Positions 10,928 to 21,611 of a DNA stretch of 59,185 nt are shown in pieces. The position numbers were made by a program, and so were the translations under genes. The stretch is from Candidatus Heimdallarchaeota archaeon. GTDB taxonomy: Archaea > Asgardarchaeota > Heimdallarchaeia > Hodarchaeales > Hodarchaeaceae. A model generated the notes under the pieces. The model saw only the letters and a program-made list of their open reading frames with translations, was not told the origin of the DNA and searched no databases. The DNA is taken from contig CP070695.1 in NCBI GenBank assembly GCA_020353515.1, positions 1,738,150 through 1,797,334 on the forward strand. The letters are read 5' to 3'. Each line of letters starts with the position of its first letter. Position 1 is the first letter of the stretch.

Positions 10928-13900
10928 TTATGGTACTTCGATGGAGGGATGATCTACATCTATTTGTTCTGTTTTAAGTAGGATAGATTCAACTTGGGTT
11001 TCTATTGTCTTACTGGGGAAGTGTTTAATAGTAATAGCACTTACTGGGCAGGTCACCACACAACTACCACACCCTTTACAGACAGCTGGGTTAACGAACG
11101 CCTTTATTGTCTGGATTGTCTCAGTTTCTAATTTTATGGTCTTTTCTTCTAACTCAATCGCTTTATATGGACAAATTTCTTCGCATCTACCACAACCTCT
11201 GCAAAGCATTTGGTCTACTTCAGCAATTGCTCCTTCTGAGAGGAGATATCCTGGTGCAAGTAATGCCATTACTCGGACTGCTGCACCACTACCTTGGAAT
11301 ATACTTTCTGAAGTGAATTTTGGATAATGACATGTCCCTGCAAGAAATACACCATCCGTGGCGAAATCTATTGGACGTAATTTCACATGTGCTTCAAGGA
11401 AAAAGTTGTCAGCTCCTCGAGGAACCTTAAACATTTGACTTAAATGTTTATTGGGCTTGGGAACTAGTGGAACACTAAGGATGATTAAATCTGGATTTAT
11501 TCTCAAATTTCTGCCCAACATCTCGTCGAAAACATCTACATTACCATCAGGTTGGACATTAGGCATCTGGTCATCGGTGTAGCGTATGAAAATTGTACCA
11601 AGTTGTCTTGTTTTTAGATACAATTCCTCTAAATCACCATAAGTTCGTATATCCTTGTAGAGAATGAATACATTTGCATTGGGATTGCGTTTTTTGATGA
11701 GAATACTATTTTTGATGGCGCTCGTGCAACAAATCCGTGAACAATAAGTTCGTGGTGGATCGTTCTCACGCGATCCAACACATTGAATCATGACAACGGT
11801 CTGTGGATCCAACTCATCAAACTTTTCTTCAAACTCCCTTTGAGTGATAACATTAGGATTTAACCCATAATTATAATATCCCTTAGGAATAAATGGTTCC
11901 GCACCTGTCGCGAGAATTACTCCTCCGAACTCAATATGTTGTCCATTTACCGTTCCCTTGAAGTTTCCTACAGACCCACTCAGATCCTCAAGTTGGCTAC
12001 CTGTAAAGACTGTAATATTTTTCTGTTGCCTTATTTGTTCTTCCAGCTCTTTTACTATTTCTCTTCCCTGTAGACCATTGTGTAGTTCGGGAATTTTCAA
12101 CAGCTCCCCTCCAAGCTGATCTTCTTTTTCGACTAAATAAACAGGATACCCAGCTTTAGCTAGATCTAGGGCACTTGTCATCCCAGCGCAACCCCCACCA
12201 ATAACCAAAGCCTTCTGGACAATTGGAATTTTATCTTTCAATAGAGGCTCAAGACGACAAGTTCGATTAATGGCTCCACGAATCAAATCTCTTGCTTTCT
12301 CATTTGCTTTTTCCTGTTCGTGGGGATGTACCCAGGACACATGTTCTCTCAAATTTACCAATTCGAAAAGAAATTCATTAAGACCTGCTTCTTGAAGAGT
12401 ACTTCTGAACAATGGTTCGTGAGTACGTGGGGTGCAAGATGCTACAATAACACGATTTAACTTATGTTCCTTAATCGCTTCTTTAATCACATCTTGTGTG
12501 TCTGCTGCACAAGCATACAATTGATCAGTTGAAAATACAACACTGGAAAAGGTCTTGGCATACTCTGCAACCCCTTTACAATCAATGACTGATGCAATGT
12601 TATGTCCACAATGGCAAATCAGTACGCCAATGCGAGGATCATCACTTGGATCAACTTTAATTGGGCGTGGAAGCTTAACTTCTTCAATCTGAGTACCTCT
12701 CACATTTTTAAGTAAGATAGAAGCCTTAGCAGCAGCGCCACTTGCTTGAGCGACAGTATCGGGAATATCTTTTGGACCAGAAGCAACACCACAAACAAAG
12801 ACACCTGGTTGATTGGTTTCCAATGGTTTAACTGGATTTGTTTTAACAAACCCGTATTGATCTAGAGTAAGATTGAGGCAGTTTGTGAGAAAGTTTGAAT
12901 GAGAAGAAGGATCTAAACCAGTGGAAAGTATTACCATATCCATCTCTTCGGAAGTAACTGTTGGAGAACCCTCGAAATCTTCATATTTTATGATTAAATT
13001 GCGATTTTCAGGATTTTCTCTAAGCTCACTCACCCGTGATTTGATAAAATGAATGTTAAACTCGTTGATAGCCCTCTGGTAAAATTCTTCGAATCCTTTC
13101 CCAAACGCTCTGATATCCATATAGAATACGTAAGCTTCCACTGTTGGGTCATTTTCCTTCGCCATTATTGCTTCCTTAACTGCATACATACAACATGCCG
13201 CAGAACAGTAATCCTTGTTAATCACTGGATTTCTAGAGCCAACACACTGTAAGAAAGCTATTTTTTTCGGATGTTTTTGGTCTGAAGGTCGAATCACTTC
13301 TCCTTCTGTTGGTCCTGAAGCGTTTAGAAGTCTTTCAAATTGTAAAGTGGTTACAACATTTGGAAATTCTCCAAAATGAAGACTACTTATTTCCTCAGCT
13401 GCAAAGGGATCGAAACCTGTGGTTACAATAACAGCACCAATTTTAATTTCTAGTTCCTCGTCTTTCTGATTATAATCTATGGCTTCTGGACCACAATTTT
13501 TTTGACAAACCCCACATTTTCCCTTTTGAATGAATCGACATGCTTCAGCATGGATATAAGCCACTTTGGGAACCGCTTGAGGGAACGGAATAGAAATAGT
13601 TTTTCGGCCAGGTTTATCTCTCCCTTTCTTGTCCTTTCTTGTTAATCCTGCATTGAAATCATCATAAACCCAATAAGGACATTTTTCTTCGCATACTCCA
13701 CATCCTGTACATTTTATTTCGTCAACATATCGAGCTTTTTTTAGATATTTTAGGGTAAAATTTCCTGCTTTACCTGAAAGACTCTGTGGTTCGCAATAAG
13801 AAAGAAGGTTAATATTTGGATGACGTTGAACATCTACTAATTTGGGGCCTAATATACACATTGCACAATCAAGAGTTGGAAATGTTTTATCAAGCTGAAC

Positions 13901-14056
13901 CATTCTACCTCCAATAGATGGATTACTTTCTATCAGGTAAACCAAAAAACCCTGATCAGCCAAATCTAATGATGCTTGAATCCCTGCGATTCCCCCGCCA
14001 ATAACTGCAACGGAGCCTAATGTTTCTATCATTTTTTTCCAACTTTTAATGGTCAT
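10928..14056 (-). CDS. hdrA: Long HdrA-like Fe-S flavoprotein with two FAD modules
   Basis: Two Rossmann motifs (GGGIAG, GGGCAG), LDKTFPTLDCAMC, two CVGSR/YCS..CC modules, CHCG/CAA/SCTPRTHE, several CxxCxxC ferredoxin motifs. Confidence 0.93.
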   Translation of the reverse strand: MTIKSWKKMIETLGSVAVIGGGIAGIQASLDLADQGFLVYLIESNPSIGGRMVQLDKTFPTLDCAMCILGPKLVDVQRHPNINLLSYCEPQSLSGKAGNFTLKYLKKARYVDEIKCTGCGVCEEKCPYWVYDDFNAGLTRKDKKGRDKPGRKTISIPFPQAVPKVAYIHAEACRFIQKGKCGVCQKNCGPEAIDYNQKDEELEIKIGAVIVTTGFDPFAAEEISSLHFGEFPNVVTTLQFERLLNASGPTEGEVIRPSDQKHPKKIAFLQCVGSRNPVINKDYCSAACCMYAVKEAIMAKENDPTVEAYVFYMDIRAFGKGFEEFYQRAINEFNIHFIKSRVSELRENPENRNLIIKYEDFEGSPTVTSEEMDMVILSTGLDPSSHSNFLTNCLNLTLDQYGFVKTNPVKPLETNQPGVFVCGVASGPKDIPDTVAQASGAAAKASILLKNVRGTQIEEVKLPRPIKVDPSDDPRIGVLICHCGHNIASVIDCKGVAEYAKTFSSVVFSTDQLYACAADTQDVIKEAIKEHKLNRVIVASCTPRTHEPLFRSTLQEAGLNEFLFELVNLREHVSWVHPHEQEKANEKARDLIRGAINRTCRLEPLLKDKIPIVQKALVIGGGCAGMTSALDLAKAGYPVYLVEKEDQLGGELLKIPELHNGLQGREIVKELEEQIRQQKNITVFTGSQLEDLSGSVGNFKGTVNGQHIEFGGVILATGAEPFIPKGYYNYGLNPNVITQREFEEKFDELDPQTVVMIQCVGSRENDPPRTYCSRICCTSAIKNSILIKKRNPNANVFILYKDIRTYGDLEELYLKTRQLGTIFIRYTDDQMPNVQPDGNVDVFDEMLGRNLRINPDLIILSVPLVPKPNKHLSQMFKVPRGADNFFLEAHVKLRPIDFATDGVFLAGTCHYPKFTSESIFQGSGAAVRVMALLAPGYLLSEGAIAEVDQMLCRGCGRCEEICPYKAIELEEKTIKLETETIQTIKAFVNPAVCKGCGSCVVTCPVSAITIKHFPSKTIETQVESILLKTEQIDVDHPSIEVP

Positions 14057-15186
14057 TTTTTCACTGATAGCTCGTCGATTATCATTCCTAGTTCTTTTAC
14101 TTGTAATTGATATTGGTGTTGAGGTTTTTTATCTTCTAACACACAATTCAGGTGTGCATAACATTTATTGCATCCTACAACAAGTGTTCCTTCATTTCCG
14201 ACAGCTTGAGTCGCTTCTTCCAATTTCTTCAACATAATCGCCCTAGATTGATCATCACATCTAAGCCAAGCTGATACCCCGCAACAGCTCGTGTTCTCCC
14301 TATTATTGAGTAATTCTGTCATAGATGTTCCAGATTTCTTTAGTACGTTTCTAGGGCTTTCATACTCCCTCATAAAACGACCTAAACGGCAAGGATCATG
14401 ATAGGTTAAGTTAATGCTACTATCATCTTTATATTCGAGTTTTTCTTGATGTTCTTCTATAAATTGAGAAATATGCTGAACTTTAATGGAATCCAGCTCG
14501 TAGAGCTGTTTAAAAGTATAATAACATTCTGCGCATGATACTATTAATGTTTTTATTTCTGCACTCTTGATTACTTGCGTATTATAATCTCGTACTTTAT
14601 CAAATGAGTCGTTGTCACCAGTCCAATAAGCATCATGACCACAACATTTTAGTGAGAGTATATTCGGTTTAATTCCCACTTTGTTAATCACATTGATTGC
14701 ACTTTGCCCAATATCATGAAATTTAACCGTTTTTAAATCTAAAAACCGATCAAAAAGATCTATACAGCCTGGAAAATAAGCAATGTCAGATTCAGAACTA
14801 GAATCCCCTTCAAAACTAAAATTCATACCTGATTCAGTCATTTGTGCCATAAAGATCTGTAAGAGATTGAATATGTTGTGGTGTGCGAAATTTTCTTCAC
14901 CTAGAATGATATTAGCCCTACTTTCGCGTATAAATGCTGGGAAGTCAATCTCCTGGGGACACCCTTCAAAACACTGGCTGCAAGTTAAGCAAATCGTTAA
15001 ATCGTCGTTGTTTAATGAATGTCCTAACAATGCGGAGTGAATAATTCCCCTAGGATTGTATTTTGAGACTTTTCGAAGAGGACAAACACTGGTGCATAAA
15101 CCACACTGAAAACAATCCTTGATAATTGACAACGTTCCTTCATCGGAAATTTCGACACTTGTTGGAATTATGTCTGAATTTATCAT
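14053..15186 (-). CDS. hdrD: HdrD-like (Fe-S/CCG) protein
   Basis: CFQCGLCTSVCP, CLTCSQCFEGCP, YFPGC, KCCG, YHDPCRLGR, SCCG. Confidence 0.85.
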   Translation of the reverse strand: MINSDIIPTSVEISDEGTLSIIKDCFQCGLCTSVCPLRKVSKYNPRGIIHSALLGHSLNNDDLTICLTCSQCFEGCPQEIDFPAFIRESRANIILGEENFAHHNIFNLLQIFMAQMTESGMNFSFEGDSSSESDIAYFPGCIDLFDRFLDLKTVKFHDIGQSAINVINKVGIKPNILSLKCCGHDAYWTGDNDSFDKVRDYNTQVIKSAEIKTLIVSCAECYYTFKQLYELDSIKVQHISQFIEEHQEKLEYKDDSSINLTYHDPCRLGRFMREYESPRNVLKKSGTSMTELLNNRENTSCCGVSAWLRCDDQSRAIMLKKLEEATQAVGNEGTLVVGCNKCYAHLNCVLEDKKPQHQYQLQVKELGMIIDELSVKK

Positions 15187-16232
15187 GTTTCTCTATGCTC
15201 CGTTATGAATTGAAAGGCTTCTATAGCCGCTGCACCACCCTCGGAAAGGCTTTGTTGGACGTTTTTGACCCCATCACAAACTGAACCACATGCAAAAATA
15301 CCAGGTATGGAAGTAAATACGGGTTTTTCAGTGATTTTCACGAAGCCATTAGAAGTAAGTTGTACACCAAAGTCTGATGCAATTTTATTATAATCAGGAG
15401 CTGGAACTCCTCCAACAGCTAAAATAACTATATCAGCTGGTAGTAAATCTTGATTATTTGCTAATGTATCCTCAAATGTTGTGATAAGTTTGTCTTCAGA
15501 ACGTTCTATAGCAGATGGCCGCCCTCGGATGAAGAGGACTCCTGAGCTCCTGGCCTCATTATACAAGTATTCATGACTGCCTATGGTTCGGATATCCATA
15601 TACATGACAACAACATCGACATCAGGAAACTCTCTTTTAATATGCAAGGCTTGATTAATGGAGTAACTACAACAATAAGCAGAACAGTCAGGATTTGCCC
15701 CATCTCGTAAAATTCGCGATCCAACGCAAAGCGTAAATACAACTCGCTCGGTTTCTTGGTTAATTGGTAATTTTTTTTCTCTAAATGCATTTTCGAGGTC
15801 AAAGATAGTCATAACTCCTTCTAGAATTCCGTATCCATATTCTTCAAGAATTTCTGCATTAAAAATTTCGAACCCTGAAGCCATAATCACGGTACTAGCA
15901 TCAAGATCTTTCTTCACTCCATCATGTTCTATCTCGACATTAAAAGGAGATTTGTTTTTGATTACTTTTGTTATTCTCGTATTATTCATTATGATAACGT
16001 TTGGATGAGACACTAACTCATCTACATATGATTTTATGATATTAGACTTGTAAGCAAAATCTGAAACACCCCGTTGAAACATCCTAGAATTTTCACCAAT
16101 TCTATTCGAAGGATTAATGAGACTAACTGCAACTCCCAATGTAGCCAAATCCTTTGCTGCACGAAGAGCTGCTATCTCACCTCCTATTATTACACATTTA
16201 TCACTCATTTTACAAGTCTCCTCATGTTTCAA
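15183..16232 (-). CDS. hdrA: Short HdrA-like protein with degenerate FAD motif
   Basis: IIGGEIAA in place of GGGxxG, CVGSR, CSAYCC, YMDIRT, GIFACG. Confidence 0.75.
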   Translation of the reverse strand: MKHEETCKMSDKCVIIGGEIAALRAAKDLATLGVAVSLINPSNRIGENSRMFQRGVSDFAYKSNIIKSYVDELVSHPNVIIMNNTRITKVIKNKSPFNVEIEHDGVKKDLDASTVIMASGFEIFNAEILEEYGYGILEGVMTIFDLENAFREKKLPINQETERVVFTLCVGSRILRDGANPDCSAYCCSYSINQALHIKREFPDVDVVVMYMDIRTIGSHEYLYNEARSSGVLFIRGRPSAIERSEDKLITTFEDTLANNQDLLPADIVILAVGGVPAPDYNKIASDFGVQLTSNGFVKITEKPVFTSIPGIFACGSVCDGVKNVQQSLSEGGAAAIEAFQFITEHRET

Positions 16233-17112
16233 CTTGTTTAAGCAGATTTTTTGGAGAAACGTAATTTGATCCTAATCCTAGAGATTTATAATCTAGTCCC
16301 ATTCCTAAACCGAGTACTTGACTCATGTATAATACAGGGATGGAAAATTTTCCGCCTTTTACTCTTTTAATAGCTTGTTTTTGCTGTCCATCAAGAGCAA
16401 GAGCACACATCTGGCAAGCAACAACTATAAAATCGGCACCAACGTCTCGAGCATTGACGATAATATTTCCTGTTAACGTCTCTACTGTTGGTTTTGCTAC
16501 AAGTAACTGAGTTGCCCCACAACATTTCGTTTTCATAGGAAAGTAAAGGGCTTTAGCTCCTACAGCTTCTATCAATTCTTCCATAAATGTAGGATTGTCT
16601 GGATCCTCGAACTGGATGATATCCCCTGGTCGTGTACAAAAACACCCGTAATAAGCAACACCTTTTTTCCCCTCTAATGGATTTCCCTTAACAATGTTTT
16701 CCTTTATAGATTCAATGCCAATCATATCACGGAGTAACTGGAGGAAGTGCATTGATTTTACGCTATTGGGAGTATAGGGAGTATCTAATAGAGAGTTTAT
16801 TTCATTGGCAAGGGTATTATCTTGGGCCATTTTTTGATTGGTAGAAATTAATTGAAACGAACAAGCAGGACATACAGCTGCCAGTACCTCTATTTTCTGT
16901 TTTTCCGCAATTGCTAGATTTCTTGCAACAATCCCCTCAGCAGCTAATGGATTAACAGCCACGACTTCCATCGCCCCACAACAATTCCAGTCGTTTAATT
17001 CTTCAAGCTCTACGCCTAATTTTTCCGCGACTCTATGTACGGATCTATCATATTCCTTAGCGACTTTATGAAGAGAACAACCTGGATAATATCCGACTCT
17101 CATGGACATCAC
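16222..17112 (-). CDS. hdrB: Heterodisulfide reductase subunit B-like
   Basis: YYPGCSL, WNCCGA, CPAC, YYGC, KCCGA, CQMC (two CCG domains). Confidence 0.93.
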   Translation of the reverse strand: MMSMRVGYYPGCSLHKVAKEYDRSVHRVAEKLGVELEELNDWNCCGAMEVVAVNPLAAEGIVARNLAIAEKQKIEVLAAVCPACSFQLISTNQKMAQDNTLANEINSLLDTPYTPNSVKSMHFLQLLRDMIGIESIKENIVKGNPLEGKKGVAYYGCFCTRPGDIIQFEDPDNPTFMEELIEAVGAKALYFPMKTKCCGATQLLVAKPTVETLTGNIIVNARDVGADFIVVACQMCALALDGQQKQAIKRVKGGKFSIPVLYMSQVLGLGMGLDYKSLGLGSNYVSPKNLLKQVET

Positions 17113-17113
17113 T

Positions 17114-17776
17114 TCATTTGTGCTTGCTCTTTGTTTTTTTGAATATTTTCCTCACTTCTTTCCTTGCAGGTGAAACCCAGGGAGGGAAAAATTCAATTTT
17201 AAATTTCCTTAGCATACCTAGGATCATTGAAACATATCGAAAACCCACTAATGGACCAAACGGTAATCCTCTTCCATACATTAGATATCGTCCAATATAT
17301 TCTGGCTCCCATGTTCGTCCCCACAACCAGATACTCTCAGTAAACCGCTTATCAAAAGAATGTTTTAATTTTCCTTGTTTTGATAGCTTAATCCGACGTG
17401 TTTTATCTTTCTCTTTTGGAAAAAAGAAAAAGCGTTTCTCACTACTACGAACAGCGATACGACGTAAAGCTTCAATAACTTCCGTAAATCTAACATTCTG
17501 GGGACATCTATCAGTACATTCAAAACAACCTACACACTGCCAGATCGCTTTGGACTCGAGTACTTCCTTCCTCAACCCAAGTAATACCTCACGAATAATT
17601 TTTCGAGGATTTAACTCCAAACCTGGAACTTCAGCTACTGGACATGTCAAAGTACAAGATGAACACTGAAAACAGTTCCGTAAGTGTTCTCCACCTGGTT
17701 CGGTAACGACTTCATTCTTAAAATCTGGATCTGCAGTGGTTAAATCAATGATATTGGCAATAGATGTTGAAACCAT
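17114..17776 (-). CDS. hdrC: Heterodisulfide reductase subunit C-like
   Basis: CFQCSSCTLTCP and CVGCFECTDRCP. Start re-called at ATG 17776 (GTGAG RBS); the track start at 17953 adds a non-homologous N-terminus. Confidence 0.88.
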   Translation of the reverse strand: MVSTSIANIIDLTTADPDFKNEVVTEPGGEHLRNCFQCSSCTLTCPVAEVPGLELNPRKIIREVLLGLRKEVLESKAIWQCVGCFECTDRCPQNVRFTEVIEALRRIAVRSSEKRFFFFPKEKDKTRRIKLSKQGKLKHSFDKRFTESIWLWGRTWEPEYIGRYLMYGRGLPFGPLVGFRYVSMILGMLRKFKIEFFPPWVSPARKEVRKIFKKTKSKHK

Positions 17777-18178
17777 TATACTCACTATGCAAAAACCTAT
17801 CAAAGTTAATTGTAGTCTTCTTTTATTGCTATCTTGCTCCAACCCGACTATCATGAACCCTTTTTTTAATCTTTCTCGTTGATTTACGAAATTACTGAAT
17901 AAGTCTTCTTTTACAATTGTTAAGAGATAGCTTCCTTGAGAATCCCTTGTCATAATTACTTAGTAAATATATGTTCAAAGAATGCAGGAAATAACGGTTA
18001 AGTACTTATCCAATAGATAAAATAGTAATTGTACTAATAAATATGTGACCTTTTTCACTAATCTGATCGTTTTTAGGGGAAGTAATCCCAAGCTGCTTAA
18101 TTCTGACGGAGTAATGCTTCCTTCAGGAAAACCAACTACTGTAATGTTTTCATGTAAAAAAACAATTCAGGTGATATA

Positions 18179-20332
18179 TCAATCACCCATTGCTTCATGT
18201 ACCAATTCTATGAGATCATAAACTTCTATTTCTTCCTCGAGCTGCTGAGTTTTAAGAGCGTCAGTTAACATACTTGTACAGAAAGGACATGCTGTAATTA
18301 ATATTTTCTTTGTACCATTGCTGCTATCTAATGATTCCTTGGCCTCTAAGACCCTTCTCTCTGAAATTCGTGTTTTTACCCACTCTGGTGTTTCTCTAAA
18401 CATACCACCTCCTCCACCACCACAGCAATAACTGAATTGACCATGATTTGGCATTTCTTTAATCGTCACTCCAGGAAGACGCTCAATAATTTTTCGTGGG
18501 GCTTCATATACGTCATTGTATCTACCAAGGTAACAGGGATCATGATATGTGATCTCATAATTCAGTTCTTTTGTGAATTTTATCTTTCCCTCTTCTATAA
18601 GCTCCATCAATAACTCAGTATAGTGGATAACTTCGAATTCTCCGCCATATTCGGGATACTCGTTCTTAATGGCATTATAGGTATGAGGTGAGGAAGCTAC
18701 GATTCTTTTGACTTTATTTTTCTTAAACATACTGATATTATCTTCAGCAAGCATCTGGAATAACGCTTCTTCTCCTAATCGCCTCATTTCGTTACCATCA
18801 TTCTTTTCAGCATCTCCAAATGTCCCGAAATCAATCCCAGCTTTTGTGAATACCTCAAATGTAGCCCGAGCGACCTTCTGGTTTCTGGGATCAAAAGCTA
18901 GAGTGTCTCCAGGGAGCCAAAGAAGCTTTGATTCTGAATCCTTTATACTGGGTAATGTCCCCTCCTTCAACCATTTCACACGGTCTCGTTTAGGTTGATC
19001 CCAAATGTTCCCATAGTTGTATGCACTTTCAAGCATTGTTGTGAATGTTCCAGGTATTTCGCCTTCTTCAATCAAAGTAGCGCGCATTCCAACAATCATA
19101 TCTACGTGTCCTATAAGATGAGGACAAGCATTTACACAAGCGTAGCAAGTAACACAGGCCCATAAAACATCACTAGTTACTCCTGAATCCTCCCCGATTA
19201 TTGGCGCATTTTTATTGGAGTTGATTAATCCATATTGTTTTCTTCCCCAATTTTTTACATCCTGTATGACCTTGAGTGGTGATAGTGGTTCACCTGAATC
19301 TTGAGCTGGACAGTAATTATGACAAAAATGACATTTCATACATGCAGAAGCTTCAAACAACTGATAGAATGTGAAATCTTCAATCGATTTAATCCCTTCA
19401 GGATCGAATTGTAACTGCCCTGCTGGTGATTTCATGTCTTTAAGGACGATATTCCCAAGTCCTACTCCAATATGGAAGAATTTTCCATATGCTATATAGG
19501 CTGCGCCTATAAACACCACAACTAGGTGGGAGAGATAGAAAAAGAGGTGTAAGGCGAATATTTGTCCATTACTCAGTGAGAGGCCTTGAAGAACAAGTGC
19601 GAGGGGATAACCAATGAAAGAGAACCACTCAAAATCGATATTTGTGTACAAGATATCATTAATAGAAAATGGGAGATTATTCAGGCCATAAAGAATTCTC
19701 ATTGCTTCAACGAAGAATCCTGAAATGCTGACCCAAAGGAGTATTAATAATAGAATTAGATCTTCATAACCAGCACGAGCATAATAATCACGATCCATAA
19801 TGTATCGTCGAATCAATGCTAAAATAACGCCTAAGAATAAAAGTACCCCAGAAACATCAGCAAAAAACGAATGTGCAGTATAAAAGGAGCCGACCAGTAG
19901 TTCTTCATGAAATAAATATTCGTGAACTGTTGATATAATGGTTGCAATAGCAGCTCCAAGGAAACCAAGCATAATCATTGTGTGAGCTATGAAACTAGGC
20001 CATTGTCTTGTTTTACGCCTAGTGATACCAGCTCCAATGCCATAATAAATTCTTCTAGGGAGGGATCGCGAGAAAATATTCTTGAAAACTCTGATAATCA
20101 ACCCTAAAAAAAACGGAATGAATTTTTGACCCTCTGTATCATACTTCCCATGGAACCAAACCCGCATCCCGCGATAAATTCCGAGTAATACTATTAGAAC
20201 AGCTAATCCAGCACTTATGTAAATCAAAAAACCAAGTTGATGTCCATATAATTCTATATGACGAGGCCAATAAGCTTCTCGTCCAGGCTCCTGCAATAAT
20301 GTAAGAATTGTTTGAATCATTAATTTCACCAA
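18179..20332 (-). CDS. Membrane Fe-S oxidoreductase, HdrE/NarI-like + HdrD fusion (FadF / ETF:quinone oxidoreductase-type)
   Basis: About 6 TM helices with His residues, CMKCHFCHNYCPA, CVTCYACVNACP, Cys-less first CCG domain (EKNDGNE, SSPH), intact second CCG domain (YHDPCYLGR, CCGGGGG, CPFC). Adjacent to etfAB. Confidence 0.88.
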   Translation of the reverse strand: MVKLMIQTILTLLQEPGREAYWPRHIELYGHQLGFLIYISAGLAVLIVLLGIYRGMRVWFHGKYDTEGQKFIPFFLGLIIRVFKNIFSRSLPRRIYYGIGAGITRRKTRQWPSFIAHTMIMLGFLGAAIATIISTVHEYLFHEELLVGSFYTAHSFFADVSGVLLFLGVILALIRRYIMDRDYYARAGYEDLILLLILLWVSISGFFVEAMRILYGLNNLPFSINDILYTNIDFEWFSFIGYPLALVLQGLSLSNGQIFALHLFFYLSHLVVVFIGAAYIAYGKFFHIGVGLGNIVLKDMKSPAGQLQFDPEGIKSIEDFTFYQLFEASACMKCHFCHNYCPAQDSGEPLSPLKVIQDVKNWGRKQYGLINSNKNAPIIGEDSGVTSDVLWACVTCYACVNACPHLIGHVDMIVGMRATLIEEGEIPGTFTTMLESAYNYGNIWDQPKRDRVKWLKEGTLPSIKDSESKLLWLPGDTLAFDPRNQKVARATFEVFTKAGIDFGTFGDAEKNDGNEMRRLGEEALFQMLAEDNISMFKKNKVKRIVASSPHTYNAIKNEYPEYGGEFEVIHYTELLMELIEEGKIKFTKELNYEITYHDPCYLGRYNDVYEAPRKIIERLPGVTIKEMPNHGQFSYCCGGGGGGMFRETPEWVKTRISERRVLEAKESLDSSNGTKKILITACPFCTSMLTDALKTQQLEEEIEVYDLIELVHEAMGD

Positions 20333-20602
20333 TACAGTCTACAAACGATTTTTCGATGGAATTTCATATCTGCATATAAGAATACTACAAAAATGTTATT
20401 TCAACCTTTTCTTAGCCAGTCTGAAGTGTGAGGTACTTTATCCACTCAGCTTGGTCTCATTACGAAAGTAAGATCAATTTTACTACTTTCTTTTTTGAAG
20501 TTGTCGCGTTCATAATACAACTGTAAGGTGAATACCATTTCTGAATTAAAAAGGATCAAATAACCTAAATAATCTAAATGGTTAAAATTCAAAATGATTC
20601 AG

Positions 20603-20632
20603 AAAAAAAAGGGTTTACCTCCAAGATGGAGG
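20603..20632 (-). terminator. Hairpin plus T-tract after etfA
   Basis: On the minus strand at the etfA stop: ACCTCC-ATCTT-GGAGGT, then AAACCC and a T run. Confidence 0.45.
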
Positions 20633-21598
20633 TCAAACTTTCTTAAGCAATTCAGGAAGTACTTCGTGTAGATCAGCTATAATAGCGTAATGAGCGACAT
20701 CGAGAATAGGGGCTTCCTCATCAGTATTGACGGCAATTATTGTCTTGGAGTTTCGCATCCCAACTATATGTTGTATAGCACCCGAAATCCCGCAGGCGAT
20801 ATAGATATCGGGAGTTATGGTTTTTCCCGTTTGGCCGACTTCATGGTCATATGGTACCCAATCAGCATCAACTGCTGCACGACTTGCTCCTACTTCACCA
20901 CCCAGGGTCTTGGCTGCTTCAAAGATGACGGCATATTTTTCTTTATTACCAACACCTCTGCCACCTGCAACAATCAACTTTGCTTTTGTAATATCCACTG
21001 AAACTTTAGCGATCTTCTCCTCAATGAAAGCTTCCCGCTTATCATTATCACTAATAGCTGGACTAAAATCACTAATATCACCAGTTAACGATTCATCCAA
21101 CTCTACTTCAGGATTATTTCCTCCTAAAATGGTTATGAAATTTAATTGGGTTTTCGACGCTGACATGGTCCCAAAGAGCTTTTCCTCAAATAATGGATGG
21201 ATACCTATCAAATTATCTCCATCAACAGAAATGTCTGTTACAGAAGCAAATAAAGCGGATCCCAATCGGGCAGCCAAACGGGGGATGACCTCCTGACCAT
21301 AGAGACTAGCACCAGCTATGACAATAGATGGGTTAACTTCATTAATTAACGCTTCTAAGGTACGAGTGTGGTAAAGGATGTTTACTCCTGCAAACAAAGC
21401 ATCATCAACTTTGTATATCTTCTTTACTCCATACTTAGTGGCCTCTATAGCCAAATCAGAAATATTCTGGCCCAGAATCACTCCTTCGATATCAGCTCCT
21501 AAATGATCACTTAGTTTTTTTGCAACAGTAAGGCATTCTTTTGTTATTCCCATTATTTTTCCTTTAGAAATCTCTATCACTACAAGTATATTTGTCAT
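20633..21598 (-). CDS. etfA: Electron transfer flavoprotein alpha subunit
   Basis: VAGGRG, GASRAAVD, VGQTGK, YIACGISGAIQH. Confidence 0.95.
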   Translation of the reverse strand: MTNILVVIEISKGKIMGITKECLTVAKKLSDHLGADIEGVILGQNISDLAIEATKYGVKKIYKVDDALFAGVNILYHTRTLEALINEVNPSIVIAGASLYGQEVIPRLAARLGSALFASVTDISVDGDNLIGIHPLFEEKLFGTMSASKTQLNFITILGGNNPEVELDESLTGDISDFSPAISDNDKREAFIEEKIAKVSVDITKAKLIVAGGRGVGNKEKYAVIFEAAKTLGGEVGASRAAVDADWVPYDHEVGQTGKTITPDIYIACGISGAIQHIVGMRNSKTIIAVNTDEEAPILDVAHYAIIADLHEVLPELLKKV

Positions 21599-21611
21599 TC
21601 CTGTTCACCTC

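Noticed and set aside
5708-17776. Selenocysteine in HoxH, HdrA or MvhD
   Set aside because: All relevant positions are Cys codons and no in-frame TGA interrupts these genes.
17777-17953. N-terminal extension of HdrC in the ORF track
   Set aside because: Non-homologous sequence; a better RBS precedes ATG 17776.
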